From: an uncultured Elusimicrobia bacterium
GTDB lineage: Bacteria; Elusimicrobiota; Elusimicrobia; 2-01-FULL-59-12
Length of the DNA stretch: 64,000 nt
NCBI GenBank assembly: GCA_963702895.1
Contig: OY969767.1
Span: 1,056,001-1,120,000, forward strand
Direction of reading: 5' to 3'
The notes beneath the pieces were generated by a model that worked only from the letters and a program-made list of their open reading frames with translations, was not told the origin of the DNA and searched no databases. The position numbers and the translations under genes are program-made. Within the stretch, counting starts at the first letter, position 1, and every line of letters begins with the position of its first letter. Shown piece by piece: positions 32,534 through 41,911 of the stretch.

Positions 32534-33743
32534 AGCGGATCGCCTGCACAGGGTCCATCTGGTGCGCTTTGTAGGCCGGATACAGAACAGAGACCAGCAC
32601 GAGCAAGAAAGCGCAAAGCGCGACGCTTTCGATCATCGGGCCTGAAATGCGTATGGGCAGTCGGTCGATGTAATAGACGTCGGGCGGCAGGCGGATAATC
32701 GGGTAGCGCTTCAGCAGGTGACTGATCGCAACCCCCAGCGCGAGCCCCACACTCACCCCGCTGCCTCCGATCAGCAGGCCATTATAAAGGAAGATCCGCG
32801 CGATCTGTCTGGGCGATGCGCCAAGAGCCTGTAAGATGCCGATTTCTCTTCCTTTCTCGATGGTCAAAAGCAGGAGGTTCGAAATAATCGTGAAGCTCGA
32901 TACAAGAATAATCAGGGTCAGAATGATGAACATCACCGTCCGTTCGAGTTTCATGGCCGAAAAGAGCGGTCGGTTCAAGTCCTGCCATGACCGGACCCAA
33001 AACGCGGAGCCCAGGCGCTCGCTGAGCGATTTCGACGCAGCTTGTGTCCGGTCGACATCCGTGAGCCGAAGGCCATAGCCGGAAATTCGCTTGCCAAAGC
33101 CGACCAGATCCTGCGCCGCGGGGAGCGATACGTAGGCGAGGTTGGCGTCGTACTCGTACATCCCCGAATGGAAAATAGTGGTCACGACGAAGCGGCGAAC
33201 GCGCGGGGCCTGCGAGAGGACATCGCCATCGCCCTGAGGCGCCATGAGGGTGATCGTTTGCCCGACGTCGACACCCAGGGATTCTGCCAGCTGCTGGCCC
33301 AGCGCGATCGATTGATGGTTGTTCAGGCTTTCCCAGGAGCCACCCTGAAGCGCGGCGCCGACGCGCGTCACTTTGGCTTCCAGTCCCGGGTCAACCCCAC
33401 GAAGCATGATGCCCGTGACGCGCCGGTCGGTTTGAAGAAGGGCCTGGGCGCTGATGTAGGGCGCGTGAGCCTCCACGCCCGGCATCGAACGCAGGGCCGC
33501 CGAGAGCGCTGGCTCCTCGGGAAGAGGTTTTCCAAAGGGGTTCGTGATGAGCAGATGGGGCTGGGTGCCCAGGATCTTTTCCTGGATATCAGACCGGAAC
33601 CCATCCATGACCGCCAGCGTCACGACCAGTGATGCCACGCCAAGGGCTGTTCCCCCGACGGCAATAGCGGACGTGACCAGACGAAACACGCCATAGCGCT
33701 GCCCGATCAAAAATCGCTTGGCCAAGAAGAATTCAAAATGCAT
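32526..33743 (-). CDS. lolE: Lipoprotein-releasing ABC transporter permease LolC/E
   Basis: AVMDGF, MacB-like periplasmic domain, FtsX-like TMs, YPA..A...DPV..IRY. Confidence 0.88.
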   Translation of the reverse strand: MHFEFFLAKRFLIGQRYGVFRLVTSAIAVGGTALGVASLVVTLAVMDGFRSDIQEKILGTQPHLLITNPFGKPLPEEPALSAALRSMPGVEAHAPYISAQALLQTDRRVTGIMLRGVDPGLEAKVTRVGAALQGGSWESLNNHQSIALGQQLAESLGVDVGQTITLMAPQGDGDVLSQAPRVRRFVVTTIFHSGMYEYDANLAYVSLPAAQDLVGFGKRISGYGLRLTDVDRTQAASKSLSERLGSAFWVRSWQDLNRPLFSAMKLERTVMFIILTLIILVSSFTIISNLLLLTIEKGREIGILQALGASPRQIARIFLYNGLLIGGSGVSVGLALGVAISHLLKRYPIIRLPPDVYYIDRLPIRISGPMIESVALCAFLLVLVSVLYPAYKAHQMDPVQAIRYG

Positions 33744-33752
33744 AAAGGAAAA

Positions 33753-35246
33753 TCAGCTGTCCTGTTTCAAGAGAGGGAAGAGGATGACTTCCCGGATCGA
33801 GGATTGTCCAAGGATCAACATGGCCAGACGGTCAATCCCGATGCCGAGGCCTCCCGCAGGAGGCATGCCATGCTCCAGGGCCGTGAGAAAAGCGTCATCT
33901 GCAGTTTCAACCTCCTCGTCCCCCTTCTTCTTTAACGCGGCCTGCTTGGCCATACGCTCTCTTTGGTCGACAGGGTCGTTGAGCTCCGAATAGGCGTTGG
34001 CGATTTCATCATGGGCGATGAAAAGCTCGAAGCGCTCAACGAGACCCGCTTTCGTCCGGTGCCTTTTGGCCAGCGGCGAAATCTCCAGAGGATAATCCAG
34101 CACAAAGGTGGGTTGCCAGAGGTGCGGCTTCACCTTCAGGTCGAAAATCCGGTCAAACACCTTATGGTCCGGCGTCCGCTCATCGAAGGCGATGTGAAAG
34201 GACGCGGCCACATCGTGCAGCTTGCCCGTCTGCCACGCCGCGATGACATCCACACCTGCGTATTTCTCGAAAAGCTCGGTCATCGTGGCTTTCGCAAAGG
34301 GGCGCTTCAGGGAGAGGGTTTTGTTGTGCAGGGCCAGCTCATCGGTGCCGTTGCAGGCGATCGCCGCCTCGGAGATGATCTTCTCGGTCAGGTTCATCAT
34401 GTCATGGTAGTCGGCATAGGCCTGATAGGCTTCCAAGAGCGTGAATTCCGGATTGTGCATCGTGTCGACGCCTTCGTTGCGGAAAACACGCCCGATTTCA
34501 AAGACGCGGTCAAGTCCCCCCACGAGCAATCGCTTCAAGTGCAACTCGAGTGCGATCCGCAGAAAAAGTTTAGATCCGAGCGCGTGGTGAAAGGTCTCAA
34601 ACGGTCTGGCGGCCGCGCCGCCGGCCTGCGCCTGCAGAAGGGGTGTCTCGACTTCAAGAAATCCTTCCTTCACAAGGGTTTGGCGAAGGGTCTGGATCAG
34701 AAGGCTGCGACGGCGGAACAAAGACTGGATCTCAGGATTGGAGACCAAGTCGAGTTCCCGCTGGCGATAGCGGGTCTCGACGTCCTTCAAGCCATGCCAC
34801 TTTTCCGGAAGGGGCCGGAGGGACTTGGCGAGCATCGTCAGGCTCGTGACGCGGATGCTCAGCTCCTGGGTTTTGGTGCGGAACATATGGCCTTCGACGC
34901 CAATGAAGTCGCCAAGATCCATGTCCTTTTGAAAGAGTTGGTACGGCGCCTCTCCGACCAGGTCTTTCTTCACGTAGAGTTGGAGACGGTGCTGGCCGTC
35001 GGCGATGTGCGCAAACGAAGACTTGCCCATATCGCGGACTGTCATGACACGGCCGGCCGTGCGAATGAGCTCATCCGAGCCATGCTCGGGCAGTGGGCCA
35101 CGAAAAGCTTCGAGCAGCTGGGCTAGGGTGTGTGTTCTGTCGAAGTGGTAAGGATAGGGCGGAACACCCTTTTGGAGAAGGCTTTGCAGCTTCTTCCGTC
35201 TCTGGACCAGAATGGATTCAAGGGGTGTGGCGCTCGGGTCGGACAC
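33753..35246 (-). CDS. lysS: Lysine--tRNA ligase (class II)
   Basis: YRQRELDL, GGAAARPF, FRNEG, HNPEFT, GMPPAGGLGIGIDRL. Confidence 0.97.
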   Translation of the reverse strand: MSDPSATPLESILVQRRKKLQSLLQKGVPPYPYHFDRTHTLAQLLEAFRGPLPEHGSDELIRTAGRVMTVRDMGKSSFAHIADGQHRLQLYVKKDLVGEAPYQLFQKDMDLGDFIGVEGHMFRTKTQELSIRVTSLTMLAKSLRPLPEKWHGLKDVETRYRQRELDLVSNPEIQSLFRRRSLLIQTLRQTLVKEGFLEVETPLLQAQAGGAAARPFETFHHALGSKLFLRIALELHLKRLLVGGLDRVFEIGRVFRNEGVDTMHNPEFTLLEAYQAYADYHDMMNLTEKIISEAAIACNGTDELALHNKTLSLKRPFAKATMTELFEKYAGVDVIAAWQTGKLHDVAASFHIAFDERTPDHKVFDRIFDLKVKPHLWQPTFVLDYPLEISPLAKRHRTKAGLVERFELFIAHDEIANAYSELNDPVDQRERMAKQAALKKKGDEEVETADDAFLTALEHGMPPAGGLGIGIDRLAMLILGQSSIREVILFPLLKQDS

Positions 35247-35620
35247 TACTTATTCGAGGCTCGGCTGAGGACTTCATGGATTTTCTCACGGAGATGCTTG
35301 GGGTCAAAAGGTTTCTCCATGTAAAAGGCGACATTGGAGGCCATTTCAAAGACGTCGCGCATCTGGCCTTTCGCGGTGAGGATGATGACAGGGATTCTGC
35401 GCGTCGCCTCATTCTCCGTCAGGCGGGCGTTGACGGTATAACCGTCCATTTCCGGCATCATGATGTCCAGGACAATGAGGTCCGGGAGCTCCGCGAACGC
35501 TTTTTCGAGAGCCTCTCTGCCGTTAAAGGCCTCGACGACTCTGTGGTTGTCGCGCTCAAGTAAAAACTTGATGAGCTCCACCACATCCCGTTCATCATCG
35601 ACTACCAATACTTTGGCCAC
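35246..35620 (-). CDS. Single-domain response regulator (receiver)
   Basis: VVDDE, LDIMMPEMDG, LTAK, KPF. Confidence 0.92.
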   Translation of the reverse strand: MAKVLVVDDERDVVELIKFLLERDNHRVVEAFNGREALEKAFAELPDLIVLDIMMPEMDGYTVNARLTENEATRRIPVIILTAKGQMRDVFEMASNVAFYMEKPFDPKHLREKIHEVLSRASNK

Positions 35621-35706
35621 CTTCGCCGTCCTTTCTCGCTATGGGTGCGACGGCCATCGGCTTAACAGTTCGCCATTCGGGCGGACTGTGCCGATGGTGT
35701 GGCGTA

Positions 35707-35735
35707 ATCTTATCAGTCGACTCTTACCGTGTCAA
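35707..35735 (-). promoter_or_regulatory. Sigma70 promoter TTGACA-17-TAAGAT for the regulator-lysS operon
   Basis: -35 at 35730-35735 (overlaps prfB stop), -10 at 35707-35712, 17-bp spacer. Confidence 0.7.
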
Positions 35736-36842
35736 ATTCCTGATTTTTTCTTGGCCTGGAATTCGAGATAAGCGTCGATAAAGGAGTCGATGTCCCCATC
35801 CATGACACGGTCCACTTGACCCACCTCAAAGCCGGTGCGATGGTCTTTGACCATCTGATAGGGCATGAACACATAGGAGCGGATTTGATTGCCCCAGGCG
35901 ATGCCCCCTTTTTCATCGTAGCGTTTCTCCAGACTCTGGCGCTTTTTGTCGGCTTCAAGCTCGTAGAGGCGGATTTTTAAGACCTGATAGGCTTTCTCCC
36001 TGTTTTTGATCTGGGAGCGCTGGTTTTGACAGGCGACGACGAGGCCGGTGGGGAGGTGCGTGATTCGGACGGCGCTGTCGGTTTTGTTGATGTGTTGCCC
36101 TCCAGCGCCGGAGGAACGGTAGGTGTCAATACGCAAATCTTTGTCCTCAATCTTAATTTCAATCTCATCCTTCACGTCGGGCAGCACATCGCAGGAGGCG
36201 AAACTTGTGTGCCGGCGCTTGTTGGCGTCAAAGGGCGAGATGCGCACGAGGCGGTGGACGCCCGCTTCGCCTTTCAAGAGTCCGTAAGCGTAGAGACCTC
36301 GGACAAAGAAGGTGATCGATTTGATGCCGGCCTGGTCCCCCATGAGGATGTCCGTGATTTCGACGGAGAAGCCCTTGCGCTCGGCGTAGCGTTCATAGAG
36401 GCGCGTGAGCATCTCCGCCCAATCGCAAGCTTCTGTACCGCCGGCGCCCGCGTGCAGCGTGACGAGCGCGTCATGGTCGTCCGTGGGTTCGGAAAACTTC
36501 GCTTCACGTTCCATGTCCTGGAGAGAGGCGGCGGTCTGCTCGGCGTTTTTCTGGAGATCGGTCAGGATCGTCTGGTCGGATTCTTCTGAAAGAGAAGTGA
36601 GTTCAGTGAGGTCTTTGAGCGAGGCCTCGAGCATCGCGAACTTGGCCATGTCTTCTTTGAGGCGCGTCTGTTCTTTGAGAACCCCCTGCGCGTTTTGCTG
36701 GTTGGCCCAAAAGTCGGAGGCCTGGCTCTGAGTCTCTAGTTCGTGAAGACGGACGGCTTTGCGATCAAAGTCAAAGATACCCCCTGACTTTGGACAACCG
36801 TTCCTGAAGTGAGGCCAATTGACTGAGGAGTTCCGCTTTCAT
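35732..36842 (-). CDS. prfB: Peptide chain release factor 2 with programmed +1 frameshift
   Basis: ORF1 MKAELLSQ...RGYL-stop; AGGGGG-TAT-CTT-TGA-C slippery site at about 36770-36785; ORF2 carries SPF and GGQ. Confidence 0.97.
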
Positions 36843-38389
36843 GACCGACGGAGTATAACAAGTAGCAAAATCGCAATGCAAAAGACGGAGCAGATCATGG
36901 CAAAGAGGTCGCCGTGGCGGGTGTAGAACGTCAGGTTCTGGAGAGGCTCGACGCTGCCCGTGACGATGGCAGGCTCAAAGATCCGGGAAGACGCCACCAT
37001 GCGGCCCCAAGGGTCGATGATGCCGGAGATGCCGGTATTGTTGGCGCGAAGAAGGTAGCGCCTGTTTTCAATGGCCCGGTAGATATTGGGCGCCCAATGT
37101 TGGTAGGGGGCGGACGTTTTCATATACCAACCGTCGTTCGTCTGGTTCGTGAGGACTTGAGCTCCGTCGCGGACGGCCCGCCTGACCAGATCCGGAAAGA
37201 TGGCCTCGTAGCAGATGGTGATGCCCATGGGTATCCCTGCCACGCGCATCACCGAATCCCTTGAACCGGAGGTGAACCCCCCCAGTTCATTCAAAGCCCG
37301 AACGAAGCGGCCCAGGATGTTGGCCAAAGGAACGATTTCGCCAAATGGAACAAGATGAATTTTATCGTACTGAGCTTCGAGGAGACCTTCACGATTCATT
37401 GAAAATGATGAATTATAAAATTTTTTAGAAACCTTAGTCGGAGCGCCAATGAGGTGATGGGTGCGCGACGATCGGACTGTTTGGACAAGCCATTCACGGA
37501 TGTCTGAGTCCTGTAACAGGTAAGCAGGGATGGACGTCTCAGGCCATACGATCAGCTCAACGGGTCGTCGGGCGGCTTCTTTCACCATGGACTGGTAGTG
37601 GTCCAGAATGTCCGAGACATAGGACTCATTCCATTTCTTGTACTGATCGATATTGCCCTGAAGGAGGGCGACTTGAAGGGGCTTGCCGGCAGGACCCGCC
37701 GCCGTCTTATGCGTCAGCTCCGCTGTTCCCCACAAATAGCTGATGACGAGCAGCATCGGAGGCAGGAACAAATAAGACCTCTTTCGCGTACGGGGAGCCA
37801 GATACCGAAAATGAAGCTGGCATGCGCCCCAGAGGTTGAACAGGACGATCAGAAAAGAAACACCATAGGCTCCTGTGACGGAGGCGATTTGGATAAGGGA
37901 CAATTCCGTGACCTGGCTGTCGGCCAGGAGCGCCCATGGAAAGCCGGAAAAAAGCCATGTCCGAAGATATTCAAGCGCGACCCAGGCGGAGGCGCCCAAG
38001 ACGCAGAGCCATGCCGGATTGAGCTTCCGGAAAGTCCTCATGAGTTCTGCCCAGGCTCCCCAAAAGAGACCCAGGTAAGAGGCCAAGAGGACCAGGCATA
38101 GGCCGGCCAGGGCCAGGGGTTGGTGCGCGGCCCGGTAAGTCGGTATCAGCCAGTATAGAAGCCCGAGGGAGCCGAGCGTGCCACAGGCCCATCCCCAGCG
38201 GAACGCCTGCCAGCGACGCAGGCCCTGCTCCTGCAGGATCACCAGCACAAGCGGTACCAAAGCAATCCAAGCAAGGTAATAGAGACTGAATTTAGGGAAG
38301 GACAGGACGTACAGGCACGAAGACAGCACGATCATGACCGAACCAGCGAACCGGCGCGTCGGCGAGACGGCGAGTGGTTGGGAAGTCAT
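36839..38389 (-). CDS. lnt: Apolipoprotein N-acyltransferase
   Basis: GFPW, QGNI, WPET, KIHLVPFGE, ICYE, TNDGWY, ANNTGIS. ORF-track extension to 38719 is repeat-derived. Confidence 0.95.
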   Translation of the reverse strand: MTSQPLAVSPTRRFAGSVMIVLSSCLYVLSFPKFSLYYLAWIALVPLVLVILQEQGLRRWQAFRWGWACGTLGSLGLLYWLIPTYRAAHQPLALAGLCLVLLASYLGLFWGAWAELMRTFRKLNPAWLCVLGASAWVALEYLRTWLFSGFPWALLADSQVTELSLIQIASVTGAYGVSFLIVLFNLWGACQLHFRYLAPRTRKRSYLFLPPMLLVISYLWGTAELTHKTAAGPAGKPLQVALLQGNIDQYKKWNESYVSDILDHYQSMVKEAARRPVELIVWPETSIPAYLLQDSDIREWLVQTVRSSRTHHLIGAPTKVSKKFYNSSFSMNREGLLEAQYDKIHLVPFGEIVPLANILGRFVRALNELGGFTSGSRDSVMRVAGIPMGITICYEAIFPDLVRRAVRDGAQVLTNQTNDGWYMKTSAPYQHWAPNIYRAIENRRYLLRANNTGISGIIDPWGRMVASSRIFEPAIVTGSVEPLQNLTFYTRHGDLFAMICSVFCIAILLLVILRRS

Positions 38390-38466
38390 CGATGGGTCAT
38401 TTCCTGTTTCTTTGCCGGATACCGCACCACTTCCGGGTGCGGAGGAGGCGCCGTCATACGACCGCG

Positions 38467-38585
38467 CCCTCACCCTCGGCTCCCCGCCAGACAGCTGGCG
38501 GGCCCGCCTGTCGTGTGGCGGGTCGCTGGCCTGCGCTCGGCCTCTCCCTCTCCCGCGTGCACGCGGGAGAGGGTGGGGGTGAGGG
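38467..38585. repeat. Nested palindromic repeat (CCCTCACCC...CCTCTCCC-GGGAGAGGG family with CCCGCC..GGCGGG hairpins inserted)
   Basis: ccctcaccc at 38467, cctctcccgcgtgcacgcgggagaggg, ggggtgaggg; related unit at about 62412-62443. Confidence 0.7.
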
Positions 38586-38663
38586 CAGAGATGCCGCAGG
38601 CCTTGTGCATGCGGAGTTTCATTTGCCGGGTCACCGCTTCGCCGATTCCCCGGTTCGGTAAGT

Positions 38664-41450
38664 TTACTGGCCGTGACACTTCTTATACTTTTTGCCCGAT
38701 CCGCAGAAGCAGGGCTCATTGCGGCCGATTTTGGCAGGCGCCATCACGGTTTGGGAAGGCCGTTTGGTCTCCGCGGCCGGGCTTCCGGGGTTCGGCGCGC
38801 GACGTCCAACGTCCAGAAAGGAGGGCGCTTCGCCAACCGCGCCAGGCGGGTCCTCGGACGTCGCACGTCGGACGGTCTCTCGTTCGAACTCGGGTTTCTC
38901 CGCGACGGCGCGGGTAAAGACGGATTTGGGCTGGAACGGGAGCGCTTGCTCTTCACCTCCAGCCACAGGTGCCGCTTGAACTTTGAAGAGGTATTCGATG
39001 GTCTCTTCACGAATGCGGTTCATCATCTGCGAGAAAAGGCTGAAGGCCTCGTGCTGAAACTCAATGAGAGGATCTTTCTGGGCATAGGCGCGCAGGGAGA
39101 TCCCTTTCTTCAGCTGGTCCAGATCATAGAGGTGCTCTTTCCAAGCGACATCCATCGTTTGAAGCAGGATCATGCGCTTCAACTGCGAGAAGATCTCGGC
39201 TCCGATCGTTTGCTCACGCACCAGGACCGCCGAAGCCAGGATCTCCCGGACCTTCTCTTCGATCTCCGGGCGGGAAAGCTTGGCCAGCGCGTCGGCCCGC
39301 GGGACATTCCCTTCCGTGAACATATGCACGAGCCATCCATGCAGGGCGATCGTGTCCCAGTTTTCCGGGATGGCCTTGGGCGGGACCCAGCGCGAGAGCT
39401 TCTCTTCGACGCTTTCGCCCATCATGGTGTCGATCGTTCGGGAGACATCCGCGCCATCCAAGATCTGGTTCCTGAGCGTGTAGACCATCTCGCGCTGCTT
39501 GTTCATCACATTGTCATACTCGAGCAGCTGTTTGCGGATGTCAAAGTTCATCGCTTCGACTTTGCGCTGGGCGTTTTCAATGGAGCGGGTGAGCAAGGGG
39601 TGTTGAATGTCTTCTCCTTCCTGCATGCCGAGCTTCCCCATGATGCCGGAGAGGCGGTCGGTGCCGAAGAGCCGCATCAGTTCATCATCGAGCGCGAGGT
39701 AAAACCGGGACGAACCTGGGTCTCCTTGACGGCCCGTCCGGCCGCGGAGCTGATTATCAATGCGCCTTGATTCGTGGCGCTCGGTCCCGAGAATATGGAG
39801 TCCCCCCAGCTGCTTGACCACCGCGGCCAGCTCAGGGTTGGGAGGGTTGCCTCCCAGAACGATGTCGGTCCCTCTCCCGGCCATGTTGGTCGCAATCGTC
39901 ACCGTCCCCTTGGCGCCCGCCTGGGCGATGATCTGGGCTTCCATCTCGTGGTATTTGGCGTTCAAGACCTGGTGCGGAACGCCTTTCTGACGCAGCATGG
40001 CCGCGATCTTCTCGGATTTTTCAATGGAGCGCGTACCGACCAGGACGGGCCGCCCCTGTTTCCAAAGCTCAAAGATCTCCTGAATGATCGCGCCGTACTT
40101 TTCGCGCTCGGTGCGGTAGATGACGTCGGCCGCGTCCGCGCGGATGTTGACGCGGTTGGTGGGGATCTCCACGACATCCAGGCGATAAATCTCCCAGAAC
40201 TCCTGGGCTTCGGTCATGGCGGTTCCGGTCATGCCGGCTAATTTTTGATAGAGCCGGAAGAAATTCTGGAAGGTGATCGTCGCGAGTGTCTGATTTTCCT
40301 CGGCAATCCTGATGTTTTCTTTGGCTTCAACCGCTTGGTGAAGGCCCTCGGACCACCGCCTTCCGGGCATCAGGCGTCCCGTAAATTCGTCCACAATAAT
40401 GACTTCACCGTCTTTGACGACGTAATCCACGTCGCGCTGATAGAGGTGGTGCGCGCGCAGGGCCTGGGTGATGTGATGGACCCACTCGCCCTGGATGTCA
40501 TCGTAGAGGCTCTTGATGCCCAAAAGCTTTTCGCACTTGGCGATCCCTTGATCGGTCAGGGTGACGTTGTGGGCCTTTTCATCGAGCGTAAAATCGTAGC
40601 CTTTGCCCAGGTCCTCGCCGGTGTATTTGGATTCGATCTCTTCTTTTTCGGTGACGGTGCGTCCTTGCATCTGGGGCACGAGGCGATTGACGGTGGCGTA
40701 GCGCTCGGTCGACTCTTCCGCGGGGCCTGAGATGATGAGCGGTGTTCTCGCCTCGTCGACGAGGATGGAGTCGACTTCGTCGACGATGGCGTAGGGCAGC
40801 CGGCGGAAGATGCCTTCCTTTTCGACCGGTTCAGGCAGGTAACGCAGCACGCGATCTTCACGGCGAATGACCATGTTGTCCCGGAGGTAGTCAAAGCCGA
40901 TTTCATTGTTGGTCACATAGGTGATGTCGCAGGCGTAAGCGGCGCGGTGGTCGGCTGACGGCATGTCGTGCTGGACGTATCCGACGGTGAGTCCGAGAAA
41001 TTCATAGATGGGGCCCATCCATTGGCGGTCGCGGCGTGCCAGGTAATCGTTGACGGTCACCAGATGCACGCCGCGACCCGTGAGGGCGTTGAGGTACACC
41101 GGCGCGGTCGCGACCAGGGTCTTTCCTTCTCCGGTTTTCATTTCGGCGATTTTCCCCTGGTGAAGGATTAACCCCCCCAGCAGCTGGACGTCAAAGTGGC
41201 GAAGGCCGATCGTTCGCTTGGACGCTTCCCGGACCACGGCAAAGGCTTCCGGCAGGAGTTGATCGAGCGTCTCGCCTTGGGCGAAGCGGTCCTTGAATTC
41301 CTGGGTCTTGGCTTTGAGATCCGCGTCCGAAAGCGCGGAGACCCGCGGCTCCAGGGCGTTGATCTCGTCCACGATCGGGCGCAGCTTCTTCAAGGTGCGC
41401 TCGTTCTGCGAGCCAAAGATCTTTTTGAGAAAATTCAGGTTCATGGCCAT
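38664..41450 (-). CDS. secA: Preprotein translocase subunit SecA
   Basis: MKTGEGKT, DEVDSILVDEARTPLIISG, QLRGRTGRQGDPG, C-terminal SEC-C CFCGSGKKYKKCH. Confidence 0.98.
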   Translation of the reverse strand: MAMNLNFLKKIFGSQNERTLKKLRPIVDEINALEPRVSALSDADLKAKTQEFKDRFAQGETLDQLLPEAFAVVREASKRTIGLRHFDVQLLGGLILHQGKIAEMKTGEGKTLVATAPVYLNALTGRGVHLVTVNDYLARRDRQWMGPIYEFLGLTVGYVQHDMPSADHRAAYACDITYVTNNEIGFDYLRDNMVIRREDRVLRYLPEPVEKEGIFRRLPYAIVDEVDSILVDEARTPLIISGPAEESTERYATVNRLVPQMQGRTVTEKEEIESKYTGEDLGKGYDFTLDEKAHNVTLTDQGIAKCEKLLGIKSLYDDIQGEWVHHITQALRAHHLYQRDVDYVVKDGEVIIVDEFTGRLMPGRRWSEGLHQAVEAKENIRIAEENQTLATITFQNFFRLYQKLAGMTGTAMTEAQEFWEIYRLDVVEIPTNRVNIRADAADVIYRTEREKYGAIIQEIFELWKQGRPVLVGTRSIEKSEKIAAMLRQKGVPHQVLNAKYHEMEAQIIAQAGAKGTVTIATNMAGRGTDIVLGGNPPNPELAAVVKQLGGLHILGTERHESRRIDNQLRGRTGRQGDPGSSRFYLALDDELMRLFGTDRLSGIMGKLGMQEGEDIQHPLLTRSIENAQRKVEAMNFDIRKQLLEYDNVMNKQREMVYTLRNQILDGADVSRTIDTMMGESVEEKLSRWVPPKAIPENWDTIALHGWLVHMFTEGNVPRADALAKLSRPEIEEKVREILASAVLVREQTIGAEIFSQLKRMILLQTMDVAWKEHLYDLDQLKKGISLRAYAQKDPLIEFQHEAFSLFSQMMNRIREETIEYLFKVQAAPVAGGEEQALPFQPKSVFTRAVAEKPEFERETVRRATSEDPPGAVGEAPSFLDVGRRAPNPGSPAAETKRPSQTVMAPAKIGRNEPCFCGSGKKYKKCHGQ

Positions 41451-41472
41451 CGTGGCCGGTATTGTAACAAGG

Positions 41473-41504
41473 AAAAGCCCCGACGCGTTGAGGGTCGAGG
41501 CTTT
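41473..41504 (-). terminator. Probable intrinsic terminator after csp
   Basis: AAAGCC-CGAC / GTCG-GGCTTT hairpin with short T-run on the minus strand. Confidence 0.6.
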
Positions 41505-41529
41505 CTGAGACGTGCTGACGGCGCTGGTC

Positions 41530-41733
41530 TTAAGAAACTTTGGTGACGTTGGCCGCCTTGGGGCCCTTGTCAGAGTCTACGATTTCAAACTCCACGGCGT
41601 CCCCTTCGGCCAGGGATTTGAAGCCTTCGGACGTGATCGCTGAAAAATGCACGAACACGTCGCCGGAGCCGTCCTCTTTCGCGATAAAACCGAACCCCTT
41701 CTGATCATTGAACCACTTCACTTTTCCTCGCAT
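41530..41733 (-). CDS. Cold-shock protein
   Basis: GKVKWFN, KGFGFI, DVFVHFS. Confidence 0.96.
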   Translation of the reverse strand: MRGKVKWFNDQKGFGFIAKEDGSGDVFVHFSAITSEGFKSLAEGDAVEFEIVDSDKGPKAANVTKVS

Positions 41734-41783
41734 GCGGGTCTCCTTATCGCTGGACTTTCCCCGCGAGCAGCGGGATTGGCCAA

Positions 41784-41812
41784 AGGCTAACTAAATGGTT
41801 TTCCCTTGTCAA
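41784..41812 (-). promoter_or_regulatory. Sigma70 promoter TTGACA-17-TAGCCT for csp
   Basis: Consensus -35 with 17-bp spacer. Confidence 0.6.
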
Positions 41813-41911
41813 CTGCAACAAGGAACGTTCCCCTGTCGTAGAGAGGAGGTAGCTTCCTCGAAGATGAGGCAGGTTGTCCGGGAAGATCAGGCTGGAGGAT
41901 GGGCGCGCTCA

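Noticed and set aside
28262..35126. Long plus-strand ORFs (354, 339 and 387 aa) opposite clpC, ilvE and lysS
   Set aside because: Antisense shadows of conserved genes.
35686..35710. GCCGATGGTGT as a fluoride riboswitch start
   Set aside because: It is on the wrong strand for the downstream genes and lacks the pairing and 3' elements.
38390..38719. 110-aa N-terminal extension of Lnt
   Set aside because: It overlaps secA and runs through the palindromic repeat cluster; ATG 38389 gives a normal-length Lnt.
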